From Thermoplasmatota archaeon (GTDB lineage Archaea > Thermoplasmatota > E2 > DHVEG-1 > B18-G2): a stretch of DNA of 46,206 nt. The position numbers and the translations under genes are program-made. Shown here piece after piece: positions 10,027 through 18,893 of the stretch. The notes under the pieces are model-generated. The model searched no databases. It was given only the letters and a program-made list of their open reading frames with translations, and was not told the origin of the DNA. The stretch covers positions 1 to 46,206 of the forward strand of contig JAPDJO010000033.1 of assembly GCA_029259115.1 (NCBI GenBank), written 5' to 3'. Within the stretch, counting starts at the first letter, position 1. Every line of letters begins with the position of its first letter.

Positions 10027-11241
10027 CAACCTCGTTGTCCATATCGTTCCTACACCACTAAGGTCTAAAGATTTTTCTTCTCCATCTTCCAGCCAAGATA
10101 TGGTTCCCGTAGCCTTACATCCACCCATCTTGAAACCAACGTATGTTGGGAATTTCCAGACCTTCTGGAATGTTGACGTTGTCTCTATCTCCAGATTGAG
10201 CTTAAGATCTATTCTTTCAAGTAAGATGTTGTGAGTCTTCTTTGCAGACAAAGAAAATCTTGCAGGGAACTTTGTAAACAGAAATATCTTTTCCTTACTT
10301 TTAGCATCGAGACAGAATGTTCTAAACTCTGTAATACTCTCTCCGTCTGGAGTAATTATGAGCCTACCAAACGGATCTATTTTGGAAAGAAGTTTTGATG
10401 ATGGGTAGAATTTACTTATATAAATTATCCAGCCATTATCCAATTTTAACTGTATCCAATCCCACCCTCCAATCGAAGATTTTCTTACATATATAGGGGA
10501 CCATGAGTGTTCCTGAAATCCTGTACCTTTAACCTTGTATGTTCTTCCGTCTATAGTTATTTCCCCACTCACATTACAGCCGAGTATGGCATAGCTAGCT
10601 AGCTTACTTTTGGAGTTGTTGAATCTCGTATCATATATCCATATTGGTAGAGAGTGAGCCTCATAATCCAGATCTATAACAACTCTGTGATTGTCTCCGA
10701 CATCTCTGGTCTCTGCATGGAGATGCCATCTTGGGTATTCTCCCTGCGCCCAAGAGTTTTTGAACTTCAGATCAACTCCTGGAGATGTTGCATCTAAGGT
10801 TCCTCTTTTTTCATTAATAACTCCTCCATAGACGTTGCCCTTATCATCGAATAGCACAACAGTCAAAACATCAGGTTTTAACTCTCCAAACAGATCTCCA
10901 TATGCAAGATGTTTGAAGCTTACAACTATACCCCAGTTTTTAAGTTCACTGTTCTCAGAATCGAATATAGCTGAGAAGTACCACCACTCCCTATTTACTA
11001 GGAGAGATTTGAAATGGCAACCTTCATCATCACTCGTTATCGCTTTTCTGGATGGCAATATAAAAGAAGGTGGAGGAGTTGGTATCCTCTCTATGGTTAT
11101 ATTCTCTTCTGGTGTAATTTCTTCCTTACCTTCTTTCTCAACATATGTGGGAATATAGCCTGCTTTGTAGAAAAATAGAGCTGCAACTAGTATAACCGCA
11201 ATCAACACTGCGATATCGATTTTTTTCATTCTCATTTTCAT
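10021..11241 (-). CDS. Membrane-anchored AttH/CrtC-like (lipocalin-like double beta-barrel) protein
   Basis: N-terminal TM helix; EWWYF, GTGFQEHSW and GWDWIQLKLDNG motifs typical of the AttH/CrtC-like fold. Confidence 0.65.
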   Translation of the reverse strand: MKMRMKKIDIAVLIAVILVAALFFYKAGYIPTYVEKEGKEEITPEENITIERIPTPPPSFILPSRKAITSDDEGCHFKSLLVNREWWYFSAIFDSENSELKNWGIVVSFKHLAYGDLFGELKPDVLTVVLFDDKGNVYGGVINEKRGTLDATSPGVDLKFKNSWAQGEYPRWHLHAETRDVGDNHRVVIDLDYEAHSLPIWIYDTRFNNSKSKLASYAILGCNVSGEITIDGRTYKVKGTGFQEHSWSPIYVRKSSIGGWDWIQLKLDNGWIIYISKFYPSSKLLSKIDPFGRLIITPDGESITEFRTFCLDAKSKEKIFLFTKFPARFSLSAKKTHNILLERIDLKLNLEIETTSTFQKVWKFPTYVGFKMGGCKATGTISWLEDGEEKSLDLSGVGTIWTTRLL

Positions 11242-11365
11242 ACTATCATTTAACTTTAATTCTTTTGTATAATTCTCTGAGATTTTTATTTATTAAGGCT
11301 TTTGTAACAATTCTTACCAACATAAGTGGTCAATTTAATAAGTCAATAATTATTATACTAAATGT

Positions 11366-11935
11366 ATGAAGGCAAAGGTTCTCTGTATTGGATTTTGCTT
11401 GTTCCTGATTTTGCCAGCAGTGCTATCAGCAGCTATGGAAACGTCTTATGATAAGATGAAAGAAGATTCTTTGGACAAAGATACCGTAATAGCAGATATA
11501 ATTATGATTTACCACAGAACAGGCAACAAAGCCTCTGCACTTGCCAAGATAGTCCAGACCAGAAAAGTTGTATATATGCCTGCAAGAGAAGAAAGAAGTT
11601 TGGCAGTGAGGCTAACAATCATCGCAACACATTCAGATGTTGATAGAGCATATTTGCTAAGATATTCTGTCTTGGGTACGGTAGCAGATGAGTGGGTTGT
11701 CAACTGGTACGGTGATATACATATGGAGGGATACAAAGAAAGGATTGTCAGGGTCTCTACGGAGAGAATAGGACCATATATCTGGACAGATGGCATATAC
11801 TCCATTAAACTTAGAGCCGAAATCGATGGACCTTTTGCAAGTGATTTTGCCAGCAAGGAGATAAATGTCATGATAAAGGTTGTGAAGGTGCCAAACTATA
11901 TCAGGAGTATAGAAAGTTTACCACCAAGTATTTAA
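11366..11935 (+). CDS. Hypothetical secreted protein
   Basis: 189-aa ORF with a signal-peptide-like N-terminus (MKAKVLCIGFCLFLILPAVLSA), preceded by an AT-rich intergenic region. Confidence 0.6.
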   Translation: MKAKVLCIGFCLFLILPAVLSAAMETSYDKMKEDSLDKDTVIADIIMIYHRTGNKASALAKIVQTRKVVYMPAREERSLAVRLTIIATHSDVDRAYLLRYSVLGTVADEWVVNWYGDIHMEGYKERIVRVSTERIGPYIWTDGIYSIKLRAEIDGPFASDFASKEINVMIKVVKVPNYIRSIESLPPSI

Positions 11936-11959
11936 TTTGTTAACAGAATTACCCGATGT

Positions 11960-12487
11960 ATGATCTCGAGGGAGGATGTGGAAAAAGCTATCCCAGAGCT
12001 TGAATGGATAGGGGATGAGAAACTAAGGGAGAAGGTCATAGATGTGTGGATAGAAGCTCTAAAAAGAGGAGGATGGAGCAGGATAGATGAGGTGCCATTT
12101 ACTCTTTCCTTCAAAAACTCTGGAACTCTAGTTGAGCACACAAGGAGAGTAGCAAATCTTGTGAGGAATGTAGCTCTTGCTAGAGATGAGAACATCAACA
12201 TGGATTTTCTCCTTGCTGGCGCCTTGCTTCATGACATAGGAAAAGCTCTAGAGTATGAAAAGGTTGGAGATGAGATTAGAGTAAGCGAGTACGGAAAGAA
12301 GGTCAGACATCCGATATCTGGTGCAAACCTTGCTAGAGAACTTGGACTTCCTGAGGAGGTTGCCCATATAATAGAGAGTCATTCTCATGAGGGAGACAAA
12401 ATGAAAAGGAGCAAGGAATCTATAATAGTTCATCACTGCGATTTCATAGACTTCGAGTTGAGGAGGGAAGAAAGTGAGAGAGATTAG
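11960..12487 (+). CDS. HD-domain metal-dependent phosphohydrolase
   Basis: EHT...LLHDIGK...RH...SH...HHCD HD-superfamily motifs. It overlaps the next gene. Confidence 0.88.
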   Translation: MISREDVEKAIPELEWIGDEKLREKVIDVWIEALKRGGWSRIDEVPFTLSFKNSGTLVEHTRRVANLVRNVALARDENINMDFLLAGALLHDIGKALEYEKVGDEIRVSEYGKKVRHPISGANLARELGLPEEVAHIIESHSHEGDKMKRSKESIIVHHCDFIDFELRREESERD

Positions 12488-13607
12488 GGTAGGAACAGAG
12501 AATGAGAGAGATTGTTTGGTTTTGATTAGGGAAGGTAGAGGATTGAGTATAAATGTTGATACAAAAGTGAGCATATGCAGAGATGATGTTGTTAATCTGG
12601 TTAAAGAAAGGATTAAAAAATATGGCGTCAAAGATGCAGAGATATATATCAAGGAGTTTGGAGCTTTGGATTATGTTATAAAGGCTAGGTTGGATTATGC
12701 CCTTTACAGATTTACAGGAAGAAGATTAAAAGAAAAGGCTTGTAAGAGGAAAGAAACGAGTAGAGATAGATTAAGGAGATCTAGGTTATATGTTCCTGGA
12801 AATAATCCCAGATTACTTGTGAATGCTGGAATTTTTGAGAGCGACTGCATAATCTTAGATCTAGAGGATTCTGTTCCTCCAGATCAAAAGGATTCTGCCA
12901 GATTTTTGGTCAAAGAGGCTCTAAGGAATCTGGATTTTGGAGAATCCGAGGTATGGGTGAGAGTTAATAGAGAATTCCTGAATGATGATCTAAGAGAGAT
13001 TTTACTCGGAAATCCTCACGGGATATGTCTACCAAAGAGTGAAGGGAAAGAAGATGTAAAGGAAGCTGAGAAATTGATAGAGAGATACGAGAGTGAGTAT
13101 GGAGTGAGAGGTACAAAGTTGATGCCGATAATAGAAAGTGCAAAAGGAGTAGTGAATCTGGAAGAGATAGTAAAATCAAGTGATAGAATTGTAGCTATAG
13201 CCTTTGGAGCGGAAGATTTCACGAGAGATATAGGTGGCGAGAAGAGCTGGGATTCTTTACTATACGCTAGATCAAGACTAGTTACTGTTGCAAAGGCTTT
13301 TGGTGTACAGGCTTTGGATACGGTCTATAGCGATATTAATGATATCGATGGCTTAATTGAGGAAACCAAGAGGATTATAAAGATGGGATTTGATGGAAAG
13401 GGAGCTATACATCCTGAACAGATAGGTTATATTCATGAATGCTTCACTCCTAGTAAAGAGGACATAGAGTATGCAAAGAAAGTTATGAAGGCAATAGAAG
13501 AAGCAAAGAAGAAGGGTCTTGGAGCTGTATCTCTAGATGGAAAGATGATAGATGAACCTGTTGTGAAGAGAGCTGAAAGAATTCTCAGACTCGGAGGGAT
13601 CCTATGA
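12474..13607 (+). CDS. citE: Fusion of a degenerate citrate-lyase acyl-carrier (CitD-like) domain and a CitE-type acyl-CoA lyase
   Basis: N-terminal GTENERDCLV...FGALDYVIKARL is CitD-like. It is followed by RRSRLYVPGNNP, LDLEDSV, VRVN, IIESAKG, FGAEDF, GKGAIHP and DGKMIDEP (CitE). Confidence 0.85.
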   Translation: MREIRVGTENERDCLVLIREGRGLSINVDTKVSICRDDVVNLVKERIKKYGVKDAEIYIKEFGALDYVIKARLDYALYRFTGRRLKEKACKRKETSRDRLRRSRLYVPGNNPRLLVNAGIFESDCIILDLEDSVPPDQKDSARFLVKEALRNLDFGESEVWVRVNREFLNDDLREILLGNPHGICLPKSEGKEDVKEAEKLIERYESEYGVRGTKLMPIIESAKGVVNLEEIVKSSDRIVAIAFGAEDFTRDIGGEKSWDSLLYARSRLVTVAKAFGVQALDTVYSDINDIDGLIEETKRIIKMGFDGKGAIHPEQIGYIHECFTPSKEDIEYAKKVMKAIEEAKKKGLGAVSLDGKMIDEPVVKRAERILRLGGIL

Positions 13608-15139
13608 AGAATAAAGTTGGTAGAGAAATACCCAGCGAGATATGTGGTAGAAAGCTAAAACCTTATAGGGGAGCTTTCGCAACAAAGCCAGATAGAAAAC
13701 ACAAGGCAACAAGAATAAAGTTTCATGATCCTAGAAGGGGCAAGGTTTTGAGATCTATAAGAGAAGCGATCAAGAAGGTTGGGCTCAAAGATGGAGATAC
13801 CATTTCCTTCCATCATCATCTCAGGAACGGGGATGCTGTAGTGAATATGGTTTTGGATACAATAGCAAAGATGGGTATAAAGGATATAAGACTTGCATCT
13901 ACAGCCCTATTTCCAGTTCATGAGAAGGTTATACAGCACATCAAAAATGGAGTTGTAACCAGAATAGAAGGGAGCATGAATGGTCCTGTTGGAGAGTTTG
14001 TTTCTCAAGGAGGAAAACTGAAAGAGCCTGCTATTTTGAGGTCTCATGGAGGTAGAGCTAGAGCTGTAGCCAGCGGAGAGTTAGACATCAATGTTGCTTT
14101 TATCGCTGCTCCTATATGTGATGATTATGGAAACTGCAATGGAAGATATGGCAAATCTGCATTTGGAGCAATGGGATATGCCTATACAGATACGGTTTAT
14201 GCGGATTATACAGTAGTCATAACAGATAACCTCCAGCCCTATCCAGTTACACCACCAATTGTTCAGCAGACGTTTGTGGACTATGTGGTAGAAGTAGAAT
14301 CGATAGGAGATCCATCTGGTATACAAACCGGGACTTTAAGGATAACAAGAAGTCCTGCGAGGCTCAAGATAGCAAGAAATGCTGTAAAGGTGCTTGAGGC
14401 TGCTGGAGTGCTAAAGAATGGTTTCTCGGTTCAGGCAGGAGCAGGAGGGATAAGTTTAGCTGCAACGAAATTTCTTCATGAGTATCTAAAAAAACATGGA
14501 ATAGTTGGAAGTTTTGTCATGGGAGGTACAACAAAGTATGTCATAGATATGTTAGAAGAAGGTACGATGATGAAGATTCTCGATGGACAGACTTTTGACC
14601 TAGCTGCTATAGAATCTTTAAGGAAAAATCCCATGCATGTCGAGATAAACAATACATTCTATGCTGATATCCACTCTGGGGGATGTGCAGTAGATAAATT
14701 GGATGCTGCTTTTCTTGGTGGAACAGAGATTGATCTGGATTTCAATGTTAACGTAAATACCCATTCTGATGGAAAACTCCTTCATGGAATAGGCGGTCAC
14801 CAAGATGTTGCTGCGGGAGCAGGGATAACGATGATTCTCATGCCAACTATGAGAGGAAGAATACCAACTATAAGAAAAGAAGTTACTACCGTAACAACTC
14901 CTGGAGAGACTGTAGATGTTTTGGTTACTGAAAGAGGGATAGCCGTAAATCCAAGGAGAGAAGACCTTATTGAGGATCTCAAGGGTAAAGTTCCACTCGT
15001 TGACATAGAGGAGCTTTACAAGAGAGTAACAAGATTCTGTAAGGAACCAAAGCCACCAAAACTTGGAGATGAAATTGTTGCGATAATAGAGTACAGGGAT
15101 GGAACAGTAATAGATGTTGTCAGGAATGTGAAAAGCTAG
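13604..15139 (+). CDS. citF: Citrate lyase alpha subunit (CoA-transferase)
   Basis: GLKDGDTISFHHHLRNGD, RSHGGRARA, GIGGHQD, TTPGETVDVLVTERGIAVNP and EYRDGTVIDVV. Confidence 0.92.
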   Translation: MKNKVGREIPSEICGRKLKPYRGAFATKPDRKHKATRIKFHDPRRGKVLRSIREAIKKVGLKDGDTISFHHHLRNGDAVVNMVLDTIAKMGIKDIRLASTALFPVHEKVIQHIKNGVVTRIEGSMNGPVGEFVSQGGKLKEPAILRSHGGRARAVASGELDINVAFIAAPICDDYGNCNGRYGKSAFGAMGYAYTDTVYADYTVVITDNLQPYPVTPPIVQQTFVDYVVEVESIGDPSGIQTGTLRITRSPARLKIARNAVKVLEAAGVLKNGFSVQAGAGGISLAATKFLHEYLKKHGIVGSFVMGGTTKYVIDMLEEGTMMKILDGQTFDLAAIESLRKNPMHVEINNTFYADIHSGGCAVDKLDAAFLGGTEIDLDFNVNVNTHSDGKLLHGIGGHQDVAAGAGITMILMPTMRGRIPTIRKEVTTVTTPGETVDVLVTERGIAVNPRREDLIEDLKGKVPLVDIEELYKRVTRFCKEPKPPKLGDEIVAIIEYRDGTVIDVVRNVKS

Positions 15140-15313
15140 CTATTCTTCTGTTTTTCGCTTTTCCAAATACCTTTTTCTTATCTCCTTTGCAAGCTCTCCA
15201 TCCTCTATAATTAAAGCTCCCTCATAGCCACAATCCTTGCATCTCCATCTGCTCCAAGTCTGAGGTAAAACCCATTCAATATTTGGAGATCCACAGTTTG
15301 GGCAGTACTTCAT
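15140..15313 (-). CDS. Small CPxCG zinc-ribbon protein (57 aa; below the ORF-track cutoff)
   Basis: Manual translation: MKYCPNCGSPNIEWVLPQTWSRWRCKDCGYEGALIIEDGELAKEIRKRYLEKRKTEE*. ATGA overlap with the stop of the upstream YhfC-like gene. Confidence 0.8.
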   Translation of the reverse strand: MKYCPNCGSPNIEWVLPQTWSRWRCKDCGYEGALIIEDGELAKEIRKRYLEKRKTEE

Positions 15314-16065
15314 TTCCATCTCTCCATTATTTTTTCTATTCCTAATAATCCTATCAATGCAAGGATGGCAACATACAACTCTACCAGATAAACGTTTTGG
15401 GGTATGCTCAGATCGAGGTATGTTTTAAAGGCAGGAATAGGACCATCTACCGCTGTCTTATAAAGTATCGATGCCAGAAGATACCTAATATCTGCTTTCC
15501 TTATCGCATAAAAGAGGAGGAGGATCGCAAATATGTGTATGATCAGAGTAAATGTTCTTTCCAGTATAGGTGCCGGTATGACTATGGAGGGTTGATTCAA
15601 TTGCTGTAAAATTACTTCTCTCTGGGATTCTGATATTTTGTTTATGAGATCTGGATAGAGAAGAAAAACTAGAACATTCATGAAAGATGAGAATCCTAGG
15701 AACAAAGCTTCAACAGCACCAAATCCTATGCCTACCGCGATCGCTTGATCCAGATTTATCTCTTTTATTTTGGTCTTCAGAATAATCAGATATGACAATC
15801 CACTTTCCAGCAAACCTGTTCTTAAGCCAACGTATAAACCAGCTAAAATTACATATACAGCATCTCCAAATCCTTTAAGATAGTTGGATAGGTAATTTGT
15901 CAAGGTTAAATCCATGATGAATTTTGGAGAGATTGCAATTACCCAGAGTAACAAACCATAGAGAAAGAATTTTATTTCTATCTTTTTTCTCCACCACCAT
16001 AGAAAAGGAGCTATCGCTCCAACTAAAAGCATTCCTATTCCGGATAAAATCAGATAGGGGTTCAT
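15310..16065 (-). CDS. YhfC-family (PrsW-like) intramembrane glutamic protease
   Basis: Polytopic membrane protein with GIGFGAVEA and ILERTFTLIIHI motifs. Confidence 0.75.
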   Translation of the reverse strand: MNPYLILSGIGMLLVGAIAPFLWWWRKKIEIKFFLYGLLLWVIAISPKFIMDLTLTNYLSNYLKGFGDAVYVILAGLYVGLRTGLLESGLSYLIILKTKIKEINLDQAIAVGIGFGAVEALFLGFSSFMNVLVFLLYPDLINKISESQREVILQQLNQPSIVIPAPILERTFTLIIHIFAILLLFYAIRKADIRYLLASILYKTAVDGPIPAFKTYLDLSIPQNVYLVELYVAILALIGLLGIEKIMERWK

Positions 16066-16385
16066 GATTCGTCTTCTAGTTTAACAGCGGTTCCATAGGC
16101 TAAGATCTCTGCAGCTCCTCCCATAACCGAAGAGGTCATGAACCTTACGTTTATTACTGCATCTGCTCCGAGCTTCTCTGCCTTCTCTATCATCCTCTTT
16201 AGTGCTATCTCTCTCGCTTCAGATAACATCTCTGTGTATTCCTTTATCTCTCCACCAACGATATTCCTAAAGCCTGCAACTATATCCTTGCCTATGTGTT
16301 TTGCTTGAATCGTATTTCCTCTAACTAGACCCAGAATCTCCTTTACCTTCTTTCCTGGAACAAAATCTGTATTTGTCACAATCAT
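16062..16385 (-). CDS. YbjQ/UPF0145 family protein
   Basis: IVGGEIKEYTEML..AR..A..RM, GADAVINVRF and EILAYGTAVKL. Confidence 0.93.
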   Translation of the reverse strand: MIVTNTDFVPGKKVKEILGLVRGNTIQAKHIGKDIVAGFRNIVGGEIKEYTEMLSEAREIALKRMIEKAEKLGADAVINVRFMTSSVMGGAAEILAYGTAVKLEDES

Positions 16386-16603
16386 GGTTCCAGATCCTCC
16401 TTACTTATTTTCTCCTTATCTTCACCTTTCTCTCTTATAACAGATATAAGTATGAGAACTATCCCTAGGAAGATTATTGTTATAGAGACCAAGACAAAAG
16501 GATCTACGTATTGTAGAGCAGGAATCAATCTGTATATCCCGTAGATTACAAGAAGCACTATGCCTATGGCAAATAGATAGAGACCGATTTCTTTTATATT
16601 CAT
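16382..16603 (-). CDS. Small two-TM membrane protein
   Basis: Two hydrophobic segments and a charged tail; ATGA-coupled to ybjQ. Confidence 0.75.
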   Translation of the reverse strand: MNIKEIGLYLFAIGIVLLVIYGIYRLIPALQYVDPFVLVSITIIFLGIVLILISVIREKGEDKEKISKEDLEP

Positions 16604-16613
16604 GTTTCCCTCA

Positions 16614-17984
16614 TTAATATGGAGCAGGATTTTTAAAGCTTGTGTAATTTTTTAGGATGTCTTCGATATCTTCTAGATCGTAATTGTAAGCTTCTCCGCT
16701 CCTCTTCTTAAAAGATCTTGCAAAAACTGCATACTCTATCTTTCCTTTCCACGGAATACCCCTTATATTTTTCATTCTTCTTACGATCTTCTCGGCATCA
16801 GCATTCTCACTCCATTTGCATTCACCCAAAAGTAGAGATTCATCACTAGAAGCGACTATATCTATCTCCTCTTCTCCCTTCCACCACTTGCTTACATGGT
16901 TATACTTTACAAGTTCAGGGAAGAGTTTTATCGCGAGGAGTTCTCTTATCAGTCTTTCAAATTTATATCCAAAGTAAACATCTCTCTCCCTATTAAATGC
17001 TCTTAATGCAGCATCTGCATTACCCATCTCCAATTCCGCTCTATGAGGATAAACAAATCTAAACCAGAAGTCCATAAAGTGGTCGGATATCTCATATATT
17101 CCTCCTCTCCTCTTCCCGTAAGGAAGTACATGCTCTACAATACCCGTTTCCTGGAGGGTATCCAGATATTTGCTGAGATTCCCTTTATCCATACCTGTAG
17201 CAGAGCACAGTTTTCCTAGGCTTCTGTATCCTAGAGCGAGATACTTCAGTATGAGCCTATAAATTCTCGATTCTCTAAATTCTTCTCTTAGAAGAATCAG
17301 AGGTTCATCATAGAGGTTTCTGCCTTTGGTAAGAACGATTCTCTTTATATTCTCTTCAAGAGAGGTGGATTTATCGTAGAATGAGAGATAATACGGCACA
17401 CCTCCAAAGATGAAATATATTTCTACAGCTTTATCGATATCTTTTATTACATCATATATGATTCTGAAGTCGAAGGGTTGAACTTTCCATATATTCACTC
17501 TCCTACCGTAGAGAGGACTTCTATATCCAATGACATCCTGTTCCATCATGGAAAGGGAGGAACCACATAGGATAAGCATAACATTGGTTTTTGACAGAAT
17601 CTCATCTATTATCTTCTGAAATGCTGACAGAATTCCGGGATTTACCTCAATAAGAAAGGGGAATTCATCAAGCACGATAATGAACCTCTCTTTTCTAAAT
17701 TTCACCAGTTTGAAAAGATCATATAGATTTTCAACTTCTAACTTCCTTATGTATTCTTCCCGAAGAGCTTCTGCCAATGCATCCTTTATGTATTTTATAT
17801 TCTCTCTCAAGGACTCATTGGTTAATAGGATGTATGCCCCTCTTTTCCCCTCGAGAAACTTTTTGAGCAATTCGGTTTTTCCAACTCTTCTCCTTCCATA
17901 GAGAACAACGAGACTAAAGCCTTTCTCTTTCCATATCTCGTTCAGATACTCAAGTTCTCTATCCCTATCAATAAATTGTATCAT
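16614..17984 (-). CDS. Archaeal ATPase (AAA/STAND-like) with wHTH and a DUF234 PD-(D/E)XK-like C-terminus
   Basis: FIDRDREL, Walker A GRRRVGKT, Walker B IVLDEFP, GGVPYY, FWFRFV and EIDIVA...GECKW. Confidence 0.88.
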   Translation of the reverse strand: MIQFIDRDRELEYLNEIWKEKGFSLVVLYGRRRVGKTELLKKFLEGKRGAYILLTNESLRENIKYIKDALAEALREEYIRKLEVENLYDLFKLVKFRKERFIIVLDEFPFLIEVNPGILSAFQKIIDEILSKTNVMLILCGSSLSMMEQDVIGYRSPLYGRRVNIWKVQPFDFRIIYDVIKDIDKAVEIYFIFGGVPYYLSFYDKSTSLEENIKRIVLTKGRNLYDEPLILLREEFRESRIYRLILKYLALGYRSLGKLCSATGMDKGNLSKYLDTLQETGIVEHVLPYGKRRGGIYEISDHFMDFWFRFVYPHRAELEMGNADAALRAFNRERDVYFGYKFERLIRELLAIKLFPELVKYNHVSKWWKGEEEIDIVASSDESLLLGECKWSENADAEKIVRRMKNIRGIPWKGKIEYAVFARSFKKRSGEAYNYDLEDIEDILKNYTSFKNPAPY

Positions 17985-18039
17985 AATTAGTCTAATCTTT
18001 TTACAATATTAAAAGGCTTTTCTTCTCATGCAGAAAATT

Positions 18040-18819
18040 TCATTTCATTTTTCCTCCAGTTATCTTACATACTAGATAGCCCAAAAATCCGAAAACCAAG
18101 CGGATTAAACCCAGCAAAGATTTGTGAGTTGAGAACGTTTGCCTGATAGAGTATTGTTTCCAAAGGCTTCCGTGCTTCAAGGCAAGTTGTTTTCTTCCAT
18201 AACCATACCAGAATGATTGCTTTATCAGTGAATAGAGATTTTCAGCCGTCCTTCTGTATACCACAGCGTTTTCATTGTAGCCTATCTTTGCACCTGCTTT
18301 AACCGCTCTCAGATTCAAGTCTATATCCTCTGCTGTAATAAATCTCGTATCAAACCCGCCAATTTTATCAAAAAGGTCTTTTCTGTATGCTAGGTTACAT
18401 GAAGGATATGTGATATCGTAACCTTTGTATTCTATCTTTACTCTCTCTATAATGTCCTTAAAAGGACCAACATCTACAGTTTTTCCAGCTACAACATCAA
18501 AACCTTCTTCCATCTTCTTTTTCAATTCTTTTAACCAGTTTTTATCTGCTCTACAGCCGCCATCTGTAAATGCTATAATATCTCCCTTTGCCTTACTGAC
18601 ACCAAAGTTTCTACCTTCTCCTCTGCTCCCCTCATGGATAAAGAGTTTAATTTGTTTGTATTTCTCTGAGTATTTTCTTATTATTTCTTGTGTATCATCT
18701 TTACTATTCGCATCTACGATTATTATCTCGAAGGGTTCCTCTTGTACCACTAGACTATCGAGCAATTCCGCAATACTTTTTGCTTCATTTTTGACGGTAA
18801 TGACTATGCTCACGAACAC
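18040..18819 (-). CDS. Glycosyltransferase family 2
   Basis: VSIVITVKNE, IIVDANSKD, AFTDGGC and AEDIDL. Start placed at GTG 18819; the longer ORF runs into the divergent promoter. Confidence 0.88.
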   Translation of the reverse strand: MFVSIVITVKNEAKSIAELLDSLVVQEEPFEIIIVDANSKDDTQEIIRKYSEKYKQIKLFIHEGSRGEGRNFGVSKAKGDIIAFTDGGCRADKNWLKELKKKMEEGFDVVAGKTVDVGPFKDIIERVKIEYKGYDITYPSCNLAYRKDLFDKIGGFDTRFITAEDIDLNLRAVKAGAKIGYNENAVVYRRTAENLYSLIKQSFWYGYGRKQLALKHGSLWKQYSIRQTFSTHKSLLGLIRLVFGFLGYLVCKITGGKMK

Positions 18820-18893
18820 ATTAATCTGTAGCAAAGATAAGATTATAGATTTTCCGTTAACATTAAAATAAGGATGGTTATTCTCATCTAGCA

